A DNA stretch of 63,792 nucleotides, the filler included, from Diploschistes diacapsis (taxonomy: Eukaryota): assembly GCA_023645945.1 (NCBI GenBank). It is 16 parts of 16 records of this genome, joined end to end, with 100 filler letters (N's around TTAATTAATTAA, not from the genome) between each part and the next. Parts side by side here need not be neighbours in the genome. Positions count along the whole stretch, not along the records: positions 25,228 to 27,726 come from JALAIB010002182.1; positions 27,827 to 30,319 come from JALAIB010002183.1; positions 30,420 to 32,910 come from JALAIB010002184.1; positions 33,011 to 35,497 come from JALAIB010002185.1; positions 35,598 to 38,077 come from JALAIB010002186.1; positions 38,178 to 40,657 come from JALAIB010002187.1; 10 more parts are not named here. One strand, written 5' to 3'. The notes under the pieces were generated by a model, which saw only the letters and a program-made list of their open reading frames with translations, was not told where the DNA came from and did not search any database. The position numbers and the translations under genes were made by a program. Positions 27,000 through 40,188 of the stretch are shown piece by piece. The first letter of the stretch is position 1. Each line of letters begins with the position of its first letter.

Positions 27000-27726
27000 C
27001 TACCTTAAGCTCATCATCCCCCCGTCCCCAAACTCCCTCTGAATCGTACCCTCGTACCACCACATCTCCCTCAACCACGCCCTCGCACCCTGCCCCTCTT
27101 CCGCCACAAACTTGACAAGCACAGCCCCGCGCACGCTTGCCGCCGTCCACAACACTCCATCCTCCTTCTCCCGCAACACCCGCCTCTCCCTCCACCTGGA
27201 CCTCTCCCGCCCTTCCTCACCCACAGCCGCACTACCGGCAGCACCACCCTTCACGGCATCCGCATCATTCCCCCAGTCCCTGGCCCCAATCCTCGGGAGT
27301 GCCCCAAACTCCTCGATGAAGAACTCCCCAAGCGCCCGAAAGACGGGACCAACAAGCATCACGCTGCCGAACACGCCGACGTTCTCGCGCCGCAGACTCG
27401 CCTGGCCGACGCCGTTCGGACCATCAGCCAAGATGACGGAGTCGCGGAGCATAAGCACGCGTCTCGTACCCTGTCCCGGAGGCTTAGAGCCAGGTGTGGC
27501 CGGCACAGCGCCGCCCCTTCCCGATCCCGACGCACTACCCGACGCGGTAGCGGCATCGAATTCCCGCCACACCTCATTCCGGCCCCTCCAGCTACCAGCC
27601 ATCCAGCTCTCGCCTCGCGCACGGCGGCCCTCGACCGTCCAGTCCAGCACGCACAGGGACGCCGTGGCGGAGGCGAGCGTGAAGATCTGTGTTTGCGCGT
27701 AGTGCGAGGCGGTGAAGGGCTGGGTG
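27000..27726 (-). CDS. ureD: Urease accessory protein UreD, 5'-partial
   Basis: PFTASHYAQTQIF..SLCVLDWTVEGRRARGESW..GRNEVW..LMLRDSVIL..VFGSVMLVGP. Confidence 0.88.
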
Positions 27727-27826
27727 NNNNNNNNNNNNNNNNNNNNNNNNNNNNNNNNNNNNNNNNNNNNTTAATTAATTAANNNNNNNNNNNNNNNNNN
27801 NNNNNNNNNNNNNNNNNNNNNNNNNN

Positions 27827-28046
27827 AATAAATATACTAAAATTTACCGGAACCATAATAGACGGCGTTATATATCTAATATCGTTTAAGTTAAACGAGC
27901 CAAGGTTCAGTTCGTTTAGCTAAATTATCAAAACGGAAGTTCAGTTCGTTTAGAGGTCACGTGACCAACGTTACCGTGAGCGACCTAGATACAAGGATTG
28001 GCTGGGACGTGCCAGGTGCTACCACATAGCTACCTGGATCGTAACA
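27827..28046 (-). mobile_element. Partial LTR related to Gypsy family A
   Basis: Shared terminus GGCTGGGACGTG...GGATCGTAACA. Confidence 0.7.
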
Positions 28047-29370
28047 GGCCATTCCCGATACTAAGAACGATAATAAAATAAATTCGGGACGAACTTTAAA
28101 AATAAGAATGATATAAGGAACTAGACATATCGTCGATATATTATTAACGCGTCGTTAATATATTATTAACTCGTCGCGATACGTTAAGATTAATCGAGTT
28201 CTTAATGTGATTAGCGTTTTCCACTTATTACATTATTTAGTCTGCGAGATCGCGGTACTTTAACTTTTCTTCTTTACAGTAGTTTTAGTTAATGAAGATA
28301 CATTCTCACACGGGCTTTGTTGCTTTGCATAGGTGATTATTATCGCTCGTTACACCCACTGCTGCAATCTCCCCAATATTCTTCACTCCAGACTTGACAT
28401 CCTGGATTATATCTTAATTATTAGCTATTTTCGGCGCTGCGATCGGTATTCTAGCATCAACAAAAAAATCTTCGACTTAGGTTAACAGGTTAACAAAATA
28501 TAGATAATAAGGTATGCGTGGTAGCACCACTGGGGTATTATTGTTATATCAGGACACTGTGTCGCAATACTTAAAGTATCATTTAGGACCAATATTTTAT
28601 GTCACTGGTTTCTTCCGAAGTAGAAGCTTTACAGCCAATGGTCGTGTACGAAATATGCTAGGATAATCCAGTTCCACCTGGCACAATCAATCATTCTTCA
28701 TAATTTCGATAATTTATTTATAATATCGTCGTGAATGCAGTTAAGCCGATATGTTAAATAATTATCTATTTTCGAAAAAGGGAATACAAAGGACGATATC
28801 TAAGAGGGAATTCCTTTTTTTTAAAAATAAAAAACTGATAAATTTCAACGTTTCTATTTTAGATGATATTAGCGCCGGTAAAAGCAGTGTTGATAATTTA
28901 ACTAATAATTTAGCAGCGTTTTAGTTCCCTCTCGTTTCGAAAATATTTTCTAACGTTATTGTTGGAAGTGGTGGAAGTTCCTAATGTTGAAAGTGGAAGT
29001 GGGGTGACTAAATAGGCAAGTAATGACTAGGGAAATAACTGCTGAATACAATAATAATGCTTTATTATTGTAGGAGGTAATGAATGAAGATAAAGATGGC
29101 GTTAATAAAGATGAGAAGTGAGAGGTCTTTTATAGACACGTTTCACCTAAATAACGCCTAGTGATTAATAATACATGCAATCTCCGATATAATGTTGGAT
29201 TTATAATCCAACATTATTCGCCCCATAATCCAACATACTAGTGGATCTAATTTTCCTCTATATTAAATCCATGGTTCAAGTATTATTAAATCATTAATCC
29301 AATATTTAGATTAATGACCTAATGGTCTAGACCATCTGCAATCTCACCTTGTAATCCATAACTACTAATA

Positions 29371-30175
29371 GGATGTTTGACTAACGGGTTGCCCCTAGTA
29401 ACCGAACGGACCCTAGTAACCGAGCATCCATAAGCGCTTCTTACACCCAAAATGCCCTCCCCTTTTTCATCCATTGTAAGCTCCATATATATTTTTATTT
29501 TTTGCTAATTTAAACCTAGACATTCTCGATGATGCAAATGTTTTCATCGAGGCGACAACTTGATCCCCCTCGCTGTCGCTTCACGAAATTGCTCGGCGCA
29601 ACGGCGTCCCCCTTTCCTCTTTTCACGACAAGCTTGATAACCGTTCTGGAAAATCTACTAACCACGAATCGCAGTAGTTTTTAATTATTAAGTAAAAGAG
29701 TGTTCTCGTGAGATATATAAACGTTTATAAACCGGAGGATTCTTTATCTCTATCGTAATGCTTAAAAATTTAACGGCGGAGATCTAAAGTGTATTCGAGC
29801 CGGATAATTAGCGTCAGCTAGGCCGTAACTGGCCGCAACGTTTTTTGAAAAGGTATTTAAAGCTGAATATAGCCTGAAATAACTTTCTTTTAAGCAAGAA
29901 AGCCGACGCCGCGGCGTTAGAAATCCTGCTCTCGTTTTTAGAGCGTCTTTAGGAATTTCGCGTCCAGTATGACGTTGCTTCTAAGAAGATTTAAAATATA
30001 GACGAGAAAGGGATCCAGCTCGGCGCTAAAAAACGTACGAAAGTCGTCGTACGTATCCTTTATCTCTAAATCGATCGACGGCGTTTAATCGCGGATAATC
30101 GCGATCCGGCGACGATAATCGAGACGATCTTAATTAGAAAAGAATGGCTTTCCTTTTTAATTATTTTTAAAAATA
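29371..30175 (+). mobile_element. RIP-degraded pogo/Fot1 DNA transposon (terminal repeat, HTH and start of DDE)
   Basis: Duplicated CCTAGTAACCGA; pseudo-translation SLHEIARRNGVP, LGRNWPQRFLKR, I*NIDEKGIQLG, TIIETI. Confidence 0.8.
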
Positions 30176-30319
30176 ACGTATATGCATAGCGAGCGGACAC
30201 TCATAGCGAGCGGATATCCTTCTTTTAATTTTACGAACTTAGAACTTTTGTATTAATTTTCTACGCGTACGACTATGGAATCATTTTTAATTAAAAATAG
30301 AATTATAATAGTATTTGAG
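30176..30319 (+). mobile_element. Second ACGT-ended TIR element nested in the transposase
   Basis: TA|ACGT followed by a duplicated CATAGCGAGCGGA motif. Confidence 0.6.
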
Positions 30320-30419
30320 NNNNNNNNNNNNNNNNNNNNNNNNNNNNNNNNNNNNNNNNNNNNTTAATTAATTAANNNNNNNNNNNNNNNNNNNNNNNNN
30401 NNNNNNNNNNNNNNNNNNN

Positions 30420-31851
30420 TCTAAAATCATAAATAGATTTATCCGAGTTAGAACCATCAGCTAACGATAGAACATATATAGAACATACAGCTTCGGATGC
30501 GAACCTATTTATAATAAATATATACCCTGCGACACGAAGCCAGATAACCGCACAACCGAAACGAGTACCTAATATAAAGATATAAATACCTGTAAGAGCT
30601 AAAAAGATATATACACCTACGACAAAGATACCTAAGATAAATAAAAGTAGCATTCCGCGAGACATATTTGCAGCTCAGAATGACCTGAATGATAAAAGGC
30701 ATCCTTCGGAAAGAGCATTAATTCCAGCAACCACGCCGGCCTTAGACACAGACCGACGAGATCAAGTACTTATCAACGGACCAACATTAACATTTAAAGT
30801 TCACGATGTGGCATTTATTTAATATACTCAAGATACATAATTACGAGAATAATAATATAAACGTCGTAAGATTACTAAACTAATTAGACCACGCTTAGAA
30901 ATAATAAACGTTAAAGACGCATTAATTATAATTAAAATTATTATGAAGGAAATTTACGATAAACGTTATAAAACCTATTTTATAAAAATTAAAGATTTTA
31001 CGATATTACGTTTATATCGAAAATATAATTTATTTATCGTAATTAATATTAAGCTTTTCGTTTAACTTATTAGATCTTTTAAGATCTTAAAACGTATTAA
31101 TAAATTAATTTATAAATTATAACTATCGGATTATTATTATATTCACGATATTATTAATATTACGCATCTCGAACCGGTATCAGACCCAGTTAATAACCTT
31201 TATTACCGATAACCTTTACCGCCACTATTTATAACGATCGGGATCGACGAGAAATACGAAATAACATGATTATTAATTAAACGCCGGATACGTAAAGAAC
31301 GTAAATAAAATACGTAATATTTGATTCGATAATTAAGATATAATATATAGATGGTCGAGCGAGAATTGTAACGATATTTAATAGACCGGATCGCCGAGTT
31401 CGAAGCGAGATATAATACCGCCGTGGATACAAAATTATAAGAGGTATAAGATTAGGGCTATGTCTACGATAAGAAAATGGTCTTAATGATGGAGCAAAAT
31501 TGCTTTAGGGATAAGAGAAAGGAGAGTAATATCGGATGTTTTGTTAGGATGTTTTGGGGCCAAAGTTCAAGGGTTTGTCTTGTTACTTTGGTATTTGTTA
31601 TGGATATGGCTTATGGGGGCATCCACCCACTTAGCAGCTATTGTAGTAGCTATAAGGACTCGCTGCCCACCTAGCTTTTAGCAATCTATCTTCTACACAC
31701 ACTACAATTTGACTATAAACTGACAAAGTCTTTAATATATCATAATAGCTTCTTCGACGATATTTATATTTTCTCGCTAATATAGAATCCCGTCCAACGT
31801 ATTAAATATTTAGTTTTCTATTCTCTATCTTTTCTGAATCTTCTATTAGCC
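30420..31851 (+). mobile_element. RIP-degraded Ty3/Gypsy 3' end: integrase, chromodomain and probable 3' LTR from ~31445
   Basis: Pseudo-translation YDKRYK..FKILKRI.KL.YKL.L...IHDIINITHLEP..EKYEI..L..KR..YLIR; followed by a TATA-containing LTR-like segment. Confidence 0.75.
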
Positions 31852-32163
31852 TGTAAGGAACGATATGCAGTAGTGTGATAGATATGGTCATAGTATTCAT
31901 GAACTAATCTCTAGAGAAAAAAAGAGTTTTCTTTTTGAAAACTTCTTTTATGTGGGCCTGCGGCCTTGGGGCGGCATTCAGATTAAGATCCTCCGCTTAT
32001 TCGAAAAATTATTATAAACATTTATTATAGTTACTTTCTTTTTTTTTAGTTCTAAACTTTTAAAGCCGCTGTTCGCGTTATTAATCTTTTTTCGTAAAGA
32101 TCTCGATATTCTTCCGCTAATTTTATATAAAAAACGAGTAAGGATTCGCCGTTAAACGGGAAG
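31852..32163. mobile_element. LTR-like family B fragment, truncated at the TRIM
   Basis: Begins TGTAAG; aligns in reverse complement to 53170-53483 (e.g. ATAGTATTCATGAACTAATCTCTAGAGAA). Confidence 0.65.
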
Positions 32164-32768
32164 TGTAACAGCGGGGGTAGTGACTAATAGGTAGCAACTA
32201 TTCCACTGAGCCAAAAGACTGAACACAATGCTTTCAGGAACCCCGAAGCACTGTTTCCCTATTATATTATATATGGATGCGTGGCTGTGGCAGTAGGGGG
32301 ATCTGAACCCCGGTACGCACATTACGGGCGTTATAATTATCTTTTTTTCCAATAATGTTAGCTTTTAATATCTATTACGTTTCATATAGCGCCACGAGTA
32401 TATTGGATATTTTAAATCGTTTTTAATATTTACGTCATGGACTTAGAGGCGGGGTTATTTAGCCGTATGTAAAATTAACCGCATGTTTTATATAACGACG
32501 ATTTCGTAGGGTTCGTACGTTTAATCGTAGTATAACAAATTCGATGTATTATTTACGCTCGTGTTCGAATTAACGATCTAAGGAATGAAAGCATAACTAT
32601 AACAGCGGGGGTAGTGCTTAATAGGTAGCGCTATCTTACTGAACCAATAAACTAAATATAATACTTTCAGGAACCCCGAAGCACTGTTTCCCTATTATAC
32701 TATATATAGGTGCGTGGCTGTGGCAGCAGTGGGACCTGAACCCCGGTGCGCACACTACATGCGTTACA
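32164..32768 (-). mobile_element. TRIM-like miniature LTR element, copy 1 (LTRs 32164-32334 and 32598-32768)
   Basis: Two ~170-bp direct repeats with TGTAAC..GTTACA-type ends (inner ends RIP-altered) around a ~263-bp non-coding core; colinear with 49027-49633. Confidence 0.9.
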
Positions 32769-33284
32769 GCTGCGTTATGACTGATTTTGAAAGATAAAAT
32801 AATACGTGTTTTCGAGTCGTTATTTTCAATTCGCTTTTAAAAATTTACTGCTGACATAATCAATGAGCACTTTTCGGGTATGATAGATGATTGAGCTAAT
32901 AGTAATATTTNNNNNNNNNNNNNNNNNNNNNNNNNNNNNNNNNNNNNNNNNNNNTTAATTAATTAANNNNNNNNNNNNNNNNNNNNNNNNNNNNNNNNNN
33001 NNNNNNNNNNCCCCTTTTTTTTTCTCTTCTTTACGTGAGGAGGAGCGGGTGGGGTGCATGTGCCGCAGTATTTTGCTGGAAAAGAGCGAACCGATCCCGC
33101 TTTCTATAGCCGACTTTCTTCCCCCGAGGCAAAGGGGAGAGTGTGTGTGTCAAAGACTCTAAATAAACTCCGAGGCTTTTGGTATCGCGATCCCGGTCGA
33201 GGAGCTCGAGCATCCTTTTTGCCTTCCAAACATGCGTACTGTACTACAGGAGTTCGGAACCTTCCACGGAGTGACATGCACAAA

Positions 33285-33316
33285 TACCGCCATACCGCCA
33301 TACCGCCATACCGCCA
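33285..33316. repeat. (TACCGCCA)x4 tandem repeat
   Basis: Read directly. Confidence 0.85.
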
Positions 33317-34438
33317 CAAAGATCCGGAAGTTTGTCTCCAGGGGGGGGAAGAGATCCTGCATGGCAGTGCACGCACGACAGAAGGCAGCAACATTCAAGC
33401 AGGGAAGAATCAACTTGTTGCCTAGCGGAGCTTAAACCTAGCCTGGTGTCCATGCTATGGGTACATGATCGATCGCTCCGATTGCACGCCACCCTCCTTG
33501 TCCTGTCACGCATGGCCGTCAACTTCGCTTGATCCGTTGCGCTGTATACGAAAAGACCGCCCCACCGTTCCATGGATATATTGTCGACCGAAAGAAGCTG
33601 AGCGAAGAAAACACTTTCAAGCAAACCCAAAAACCCCCGCCCCCCCACGCGGTACCGTATCGAATCCCAAACATAGCAAACGAGTTTCGTCTCATGTTCC
33701 CATATGTGCAGCATCGCGGCGACCATGAAAGCGCCAGCCCCCCAGTTATCTCTTCACAATAAACGTTTTGGCGGCGTCGATTCTCATTCGTGGCCACTCG
33801 TGCCCCAATCACAAACCCAAAACACCCCCCCAACATAGAATTATCAGACGAGCTTTATCCCGATTGCAAGATCCACGCTCCCGTGCTTTCCCACACATGG
33901 TATCAAACCGAATTCTTCACAAGCACCAACCGTGTATCCCAAACTATGCAGCAAACAACAGTAGCACATGTACACATCCAGCCAGCACATCCATAACATG
34001 ACGGTTCGTGACGAATAGAAAACTCCAGAGTGCCCCTTTGCACCATGAAATGCCGCTGCATCATCATCATCAATATCAAGAGGCGTTTTAATTATTTTTC
34101 TGCTTCCAAAATGACTCCCAACCGCAAACTCTACCAATTGCAAAGTGGGTATTTTGTCTTGGGTAAATAGGATTGGGTAGAGCAATAAACTGACACAGGG
34201 TCAAAAGTTATACAAGGGCAAAGAATCGAATCGATCGATGCAGGTTCGCGAATCCAGTCCAGCGGCGTTGGTATCCTGATAGTTGTCCAAGGTGTCGGTC
34301 CGGAAGAGATTTCAAGGTTCAAGAGGGGGGCCCCCCACCGATAAATGATAGAATGACGATGCAGCAGCAGACACACATGCAAAAAAAAAAAAAGAACTTG
34401 AAGGAGATTCGTCACGAAATGGCAATGTCATGGACATG

Positions 34439-35086
34439 TTACCAGGCGCGGCACAAGTAGGTCTGCTGCTGCATCCTGGCGGGCGAGATGGACTGAGGAG
34501 GCGAGGAGACTCGTTGCATCGTCGCAGGATCGACGATCGGGATGGCGCTTCGGGTTCGAAGAGCCGAGGGTTGGTGGATCTTCATCGAGTGCTGAGATGG
34601 TTGGGCATGAGGGTGATGGTTGTATTGGTTCGGCTGGTAGGCCTGGGCCAGAGGAAACGGTGGAGAGGTTTGAGAAGCAGGATGAGCAGATAGCTGAGTG
34701 GGACTGGAGGCTGGAGAGCCCGAAGCGAGCGAAGATCTATCGGATGAAGCCGAAGAAATTGACGAGATCTGACGGAACATGTTAACTTGTGCTTCGTCTC
34801 CCACCAAAGCGTGTTTACTCACATCATCCTCGGTCAACAGACCCGGGCAGAACTCGAGATCATCGTCGATCTCAAAACCCTTGGACAGATCGAACTTCTG
34901 GCGGAAAGCGTTGAAAGTAGGAGCATCGGTGAGCTCCTTCATGCCCTTGACTCCCCGAAACTGGCGCTGTGAGTTCTGGGAGGAGACACGAGGAGCTCTC
35001 CTTGACCGGCCGCCATGATGGTTGTTGTGCGAGCCGATGTGTGAAAGTGCCGTCAATTGGTGTTGTTGCTGGTAGTAGCTTGCCAT
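34439..35086 (-). CDS. Conserved-looking fungal hypothetical protein (one intron)
   Basis: GGRSRRAPR..QFRGVKGMKEL..FRQKFD..FEIDDDLEFCPGLLTEDD|..SDRSSLASGSP..RSAIPIVDP. Confidence 0.75.
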   Translation of the reverse strand: MASYYQQQHQLTALSHIGSHNNHHGGRSRRAPRVSSQNSQRQFRGVKGMKELTDAPTFNAFRQKFDLSKGFEIDDDLEFCPGLLTEDDVSKHALVGDEAQVNMFRQISSISSASSDRSSLASGSPASSPTQLSAHPASQTSPPFPLAQAYQPNQYNHHPHAQPSQHSMKIHQPSALRTRSAIPIVDPATMQRVSSPPQSISPARMQQQTYLCRAW

Positions 35087-35887
35087 GACTGCACCAAATC
35101 TTTGAGAGGGTTGAGGCAGGTCGATGGACGGACGGAGCAAGGTTTGGTGTAGAATGGAAGCTGGAGAAGTAGGATTACGGATGCGGATGCGAATGCGAAT
35201 GCGGATACGGATGCGGCACCAAAACAAAGAGGTCACTGGGCCTTTGCCGCAAGCGTGCGAGGCAGACTTGGTTTGTAAGTAACTTGCACCTAGAATGTGC
35301 AAATGAAGTAGAGTTGTTGTATATATGTTCGATAGAGAATTAAATTATGTGGAAACACAATATTTCAAAGTCGATGATGATGAGTCGGAATGGAATGGGA
35401 GGAAGGAAAATTGAATTGGAGAGCTGAAATTTAGAGTGATGAGTAAAGTAAGTAAATGAGAGCAGGAGCAAGCAGCGGGAGGGGGAAGGGAGAGAGGNNN
35501 NNNNNNNNNNNNNNNNNNNNNNNNNNNNNNNNNNNNNNNNNTTAATTAATTAANNNNNNNNNNNNNNNNNNNNNNNNNNNNNNNNNNNNNNNNNNNNATT
35601 ATTCGCTTTTGTATATTTAATCGAATCGATTTGATGATATTATCATCGTATAGTTTTTATCTTGTTTAATCATTCAATGTCGCAGTGCTTTCGCCGTTGA
35701 AAAGCGCGTTAGCGTAAAAGACGGATTATATTACTCGATTAGATAAATCGCGTATAATACGATCGGAATAAGTCGAATTATTTTTGATAGCTCGGAATCG
35801 AGCTATTACGAGTCGAAACGTTTAAATAAATTTTATAAATATTAAATTATAATTTATTAATTCTATAACCGTGTTTAATAAACTTTT

Positions 35888-38077
35888 TGTTTGGCAACGT
35901 AATGGATATATTGAAGTCTAGAGGTCTTATCCTATGAAGATATCCTACTGCGCAGACTTTTATACCCTACGGGATCCGTTAAGCTTTATTGCTAATATTA
36001 CTTCCGATCGGTTTAATTAGAGTTCTAGGAGGTTTAACTGAATTGAACCTCGGAGTTCAGCTGAACTGAATTTCCGACTGGAATTTAGTCGAATTTTTAG
36101 CTATGCTTTCTGTCTGTTTGCTTAATATTCCTTTATAGGCGGAATCGTTTAGTATGTTTATATAATTTAATTGGATACTTTTTGGATTAGGCCGAGTTTT
36201 TTGATGAAGGCGTCGTGTTTCGAGTAGTTTAGTGGTTTCGTAAGCTCGTTAATAATTATTTTATCGGTAGGAACATAAGATATCTTAATACGTTTTTATT
36301 TTAATAAGATTTCGTACGTGATGATAAGTAATGTCGACGTGTTTTAAACGATCGTTGATTTTCGCGTGTTTTATTAGGTTTAGGGAATTAATATTATCAC
36401 CGAGTAGATTAATAGTATATAAAGATGGTTTATAAGGCCTGTTTAGCGGTGTGAGATAAACTAATATATTTAGCTTTTGTAGTTAATTTTGAAACTGAGT
36501 TCTGCTTTTTATTTATTTAAGATATTAGTCTATCGCATAGCTGGAAGATATGTTTATACGTAAACTTTTCGATCTGATTTATCTTTTTTATAATTTGTAT
36601 CGGAATATCCCCGTAATTTCGAAAGTTCAGGTTCAGTATCGAACTAAATTTTAATATTTTTTATTTTTCGAATGTAGCGGAATAATTTCTTTAAAGTATG
36701 TAAATGATGGGTGTATGGGTTAGTTATGTACTAACTTAACTTTTTAATAGCAAATGCGATGTTTGGTCTCGTATAGACCGTTAAGTATATGATATTATTA
36801 ATAATCTTTTAATATTGTATTTTGTTGGTTGTTTTAAAGGATTTCTTGTCTGGTTTAATGCCGTTATATTTATTAAGCACTATCTTTTGGTCTTTGTGAA
36901 CCAAGAGCTTTCGATCTCGTAAAATGAAGACGTATAAATAAGTATTAGATCGGACGGCGTCGATTTTGAATTAACGTCGTTTATTATTTCCTGTTTATTT
37001 GTTATAAGCGCCATATTATTTATTAATGTTTTTATTAACAAGAAATATTAGATATTTCGTTATCGTTTATTAATAACGGAATTCGTGTTATATAACTTTT
37101 TAATATTTTGAACGTTTATAATTATTAAAGCGTCGTTTATGTCGTTTATTGTTTAAGAATTTTATATGTTAGACGTTATTAACGTGGCGTTAATTAATAT
37201 TATATACGTAATCGGAATATTAATGACGTATATAACGCTCGTTATTAACGTAATAAACTTTAATATATTCGGTTTAGTAGATCTAGGTTTAGATTTAGGT
37301 TTAATACTTTTTTTAAAAATCTTAACCCGCAAGAACCTTTTTATTAACCGTCGGTCACCATTATTTGGCTCGGGTTGATCATATAGAGTGGGAGTAGGGG
37401 CCTTTAGGGTGCTGTGATCCTTAATAGGAGTAGATGATGAAGATTTAGTATGGTTTAGCTGAACTTTTGTTTTTATTTTTGATACGTTTTTGGCGTGCGT
37501 AATTAACACGTCGTTAACGTGGGTAATTGATTCGTCGTTGACGTGGGTAATTGACCCGTCGTTGACACCTTTAATACCAAATATTAAATCGTTAGTATTG
37601 ATATATCCGATTATTATATCTAGTTTCGTTCTATTCATCAATTTATTTTATCGTTTAGGTAACGATTTAAGATTTACGTAATTATAGCTTCTTAATTCTT
37701 AGATACGGATATTATTTATTAACGGCTTTTCGTCTAATTAATATTCGATAGGCGTCGCGACTGAACCGTTTAGTTTAAATTTTATTATTATTTTATTTCG
37801 GATATGATATTGGGCCAATACTGCTTCGTTTTAGAAAGCGTATCTTTGTTTCGTTTCTTTAAGTATGACACGGATGTTCATCTCGGTAGTTTGTTATCGA
37901 AACGTACCGCTTTTAATTGTTTATCGTTTTAGAATTCTGTATTTATTTTTTAGAGTTGTAAAATACGAATAACATCCTTTCGAATTTTATAAAGAATAGA
38001 TTAGTTTTTTCGCGAGTAATTATCGATAATCTTTATAAAATATAAATTTAGGATATTTTACTTATACTTAATTAAGA
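35888..38077 (-). mobile_element. RIP-degraded Ty1/Copia element (integrase tail to RNase H, PPT, 3' LTR ~35888-36128)
   Basis: RNase H end YVPTDK..NELTKPL..KHDAFIKKLGL; integrase-like YWP..TPIE..KP..KL..R..IIIGY; LTR similar to 46100-46319 and 50132-50322. Confidence 0.8.
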
Positions 38078-38998
38078 NNNNNNNNNNNNNNNNNNNNNNN
38101 NNNNNNNNNNNNNNNNNNNNNTTAATTAATTAANNNNNNNNNNNNNNNNNNNNNNNNNNNNNNNNNNNNNNNNNNNNGTAAGGAAAATAGGGGGAGAACA
38201 CTGATGCCCATGATCTGATATGGGTTTTGCACTGCATACACTCTACTGTACTTCACCACTGGTGCAGATGTTGCAAAGCTGCCATCTTCACCTGTTGTTC
38301 ACGACTCCCGTCACAGGAGTCCCGTGTCACGTCCTGCTCCAGCTTCTGCAGCTGTTGAACCTGCCTGTCGTAAAGATGGCCGTAAATCTCGAGAGTTTCT
38401 AGGTTTCTGGTCTGTATTTGTAAGCCTTCGACTCTATCTTCAGTCATCAAAAATGTTAAAACCAACTCTTCGATTCTGCTCAGGATATGCCAAGCGTGCG
38501 CCTCGCTGACAGGGTCTCTCTCGCTGTTTTTCAAACCCTCCAGTTGGACGATTACTAATTTGAAATGATGCAGCAAATCTTGGTAGCACGTGGGCATCGT
38601 CAACTCGAAATTCCAGTGGATGCAGTGTTTCGTTAGAGTGCTGTAGAGCTACAGTACCCTATGTGCAGAAACAGTGGTGGTTATGTCATCTTGGGCTATC
38701 AGTGCCAAAAATAGAAAATAATCTATGAGTCATTCTGTAGGCATCAGGCCCTGCCTCTGCAGGATCAAGCATAGACATCTGTGCATTCAGTGCTTGACAT
38801 TGCAACTTCTGCTACACATGACTGTAGCTTCTGTGTGTAGACTGCCATTAGTCAGCACATAGACTTCTGTGGCTCAGGCCTTGCAGAACACCCTTCTGGC
38901 AATCTGTGACTTCCGTCAGATAAAACTCCCATCCACGGGAAGGTTTCTAGCCGTTTTCGAAAAATGGGCGAAAGTGCTGCCCATTTAAGGGTGGAAAG

Positions 38999-39650
38999 CA
39001 GGCAGGGGGTCTAGTGGGGGCGGGCCTTATTACCCATACCTCCCTTGAGTATCAGCACATCACGTAAAACGATTACTCATTAACACCTTAAAACCTCAAC
39101 TCAGATACTCTCCTCAGATCCTGATTCTAGCATAACCTCTATTCTTTCTACAAAGTCTTGTAAAGGTGTTAAGGTACTCAGCAGTACAGCCCTTAAGTAC
39201 TGCAGGAGCAAACTCTGAGTCTTGAGTAGATTAACCTGAGAGCGGTAACTGCCTAGGGTTCTGAAAGATGCACGTAAAAGGTGTAGGGTATGAGCACTTA
39301 ACGGCAGGCGTTACAGGGGGGCTGACTTGTAGGTTTATGGCAGAACCCCCCTTCCCTGTTTCGGCAGCCCCAAAACCCTAAACCTTGACGGAAATGAGTA
39401 ATACATAGGAATCTCACACATGGTCAGTAGTCAGACAGGTAAATATATATATTTGTCTGACCGACCAATGACCCTTTGTTAGACTTTTATGTATTGCTAT
39501 GTTTCGTCACGGTTTAGGGTTTCGAGGCTTCGGATCTGAGCAGAGTCTTGAGTCAAGGTGTTGACGAGTAAGCGTCATTACGTCATACTATGAGCAATAC
39601 GCACCCACTGTCACCGATCCTGTTTTGGGGTGGCCGAACCCCCTGCCATC
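38999..39650. repeat. Nested imperfect inverted repeats (foldback structure)
   Basis: Palindrome ~39360-39535 centred on AAATATATATATTT; ~39049-39121 is inversely similar to ~39532-39600. Confidence 0.75.
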
Positions 39651-40188
39651 CCCCAGAATCTGCCATAGTTGCACTGGGCCTGGGTTATACACGAATTTTC
39701 ATTTTCAAATCCGTATAATACTGCGTAGATCTACGTGTAGACATATAATGCGGTGTATATCGCCGATTCTACGGATTCTGCCGTCCTGGTGAAATTGAGC
39801 ATATACAGCCTCTACGAGGCGTATGTGTGCGTATACAGATATGTATACGCTTGTTACTCCAATACATCGTCAAATGAAGTTGGAATCAGCTTATTATGTT
39901 GTATTATGTTCCTTTTCACAGAGACGTTGCCACGATGGCAAGGCTATGTACCAGTATGTTTCAGATGAGAGTCAGCTATCCGGCCTCATTACTTGCTGAA
40001 AGCTTGCTATCACACAGTTTGCACAGCAGATGAACCCCAGTCATTGCATCAGAATCTTGGCACGTGTACACACTAAATCACAGTAATTCCACCACCGTGC
40101 AATGCCTTTAGTGCCTTTCAAAGCCTTCTCAAGGCGTTTTGCAAGCCCAGTAGAACGTTTCTCAGCTTTACTACTGGCAGTATGTAAG

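Noticed and set aside
28047..29370. Possible hAT/MULE relic with repeated ATCCA motifs (29170-29360)
   Set aside because: No convincing TIR pair, TSD or transposase motif could be read
32159..32773. TSD for TRIM copy 1
   Set aside because: Flanks GGAAG and GCTGC do not match; the copy may be recombined or part of a former tandem
35087..35302. N-terminal extension containing RIRIRIRIRIR
   Set aside because: Non-ATG start and a hexamer microsatellite, most likely 5'UTR
37162..37681. I/N/K/Y-rich ORFs in AT-rich contigs (also 52455, 56561, 57528, 61684)
   Set aside because: Chance or residual frames in RIP-mutated transposon DNA, not host genes
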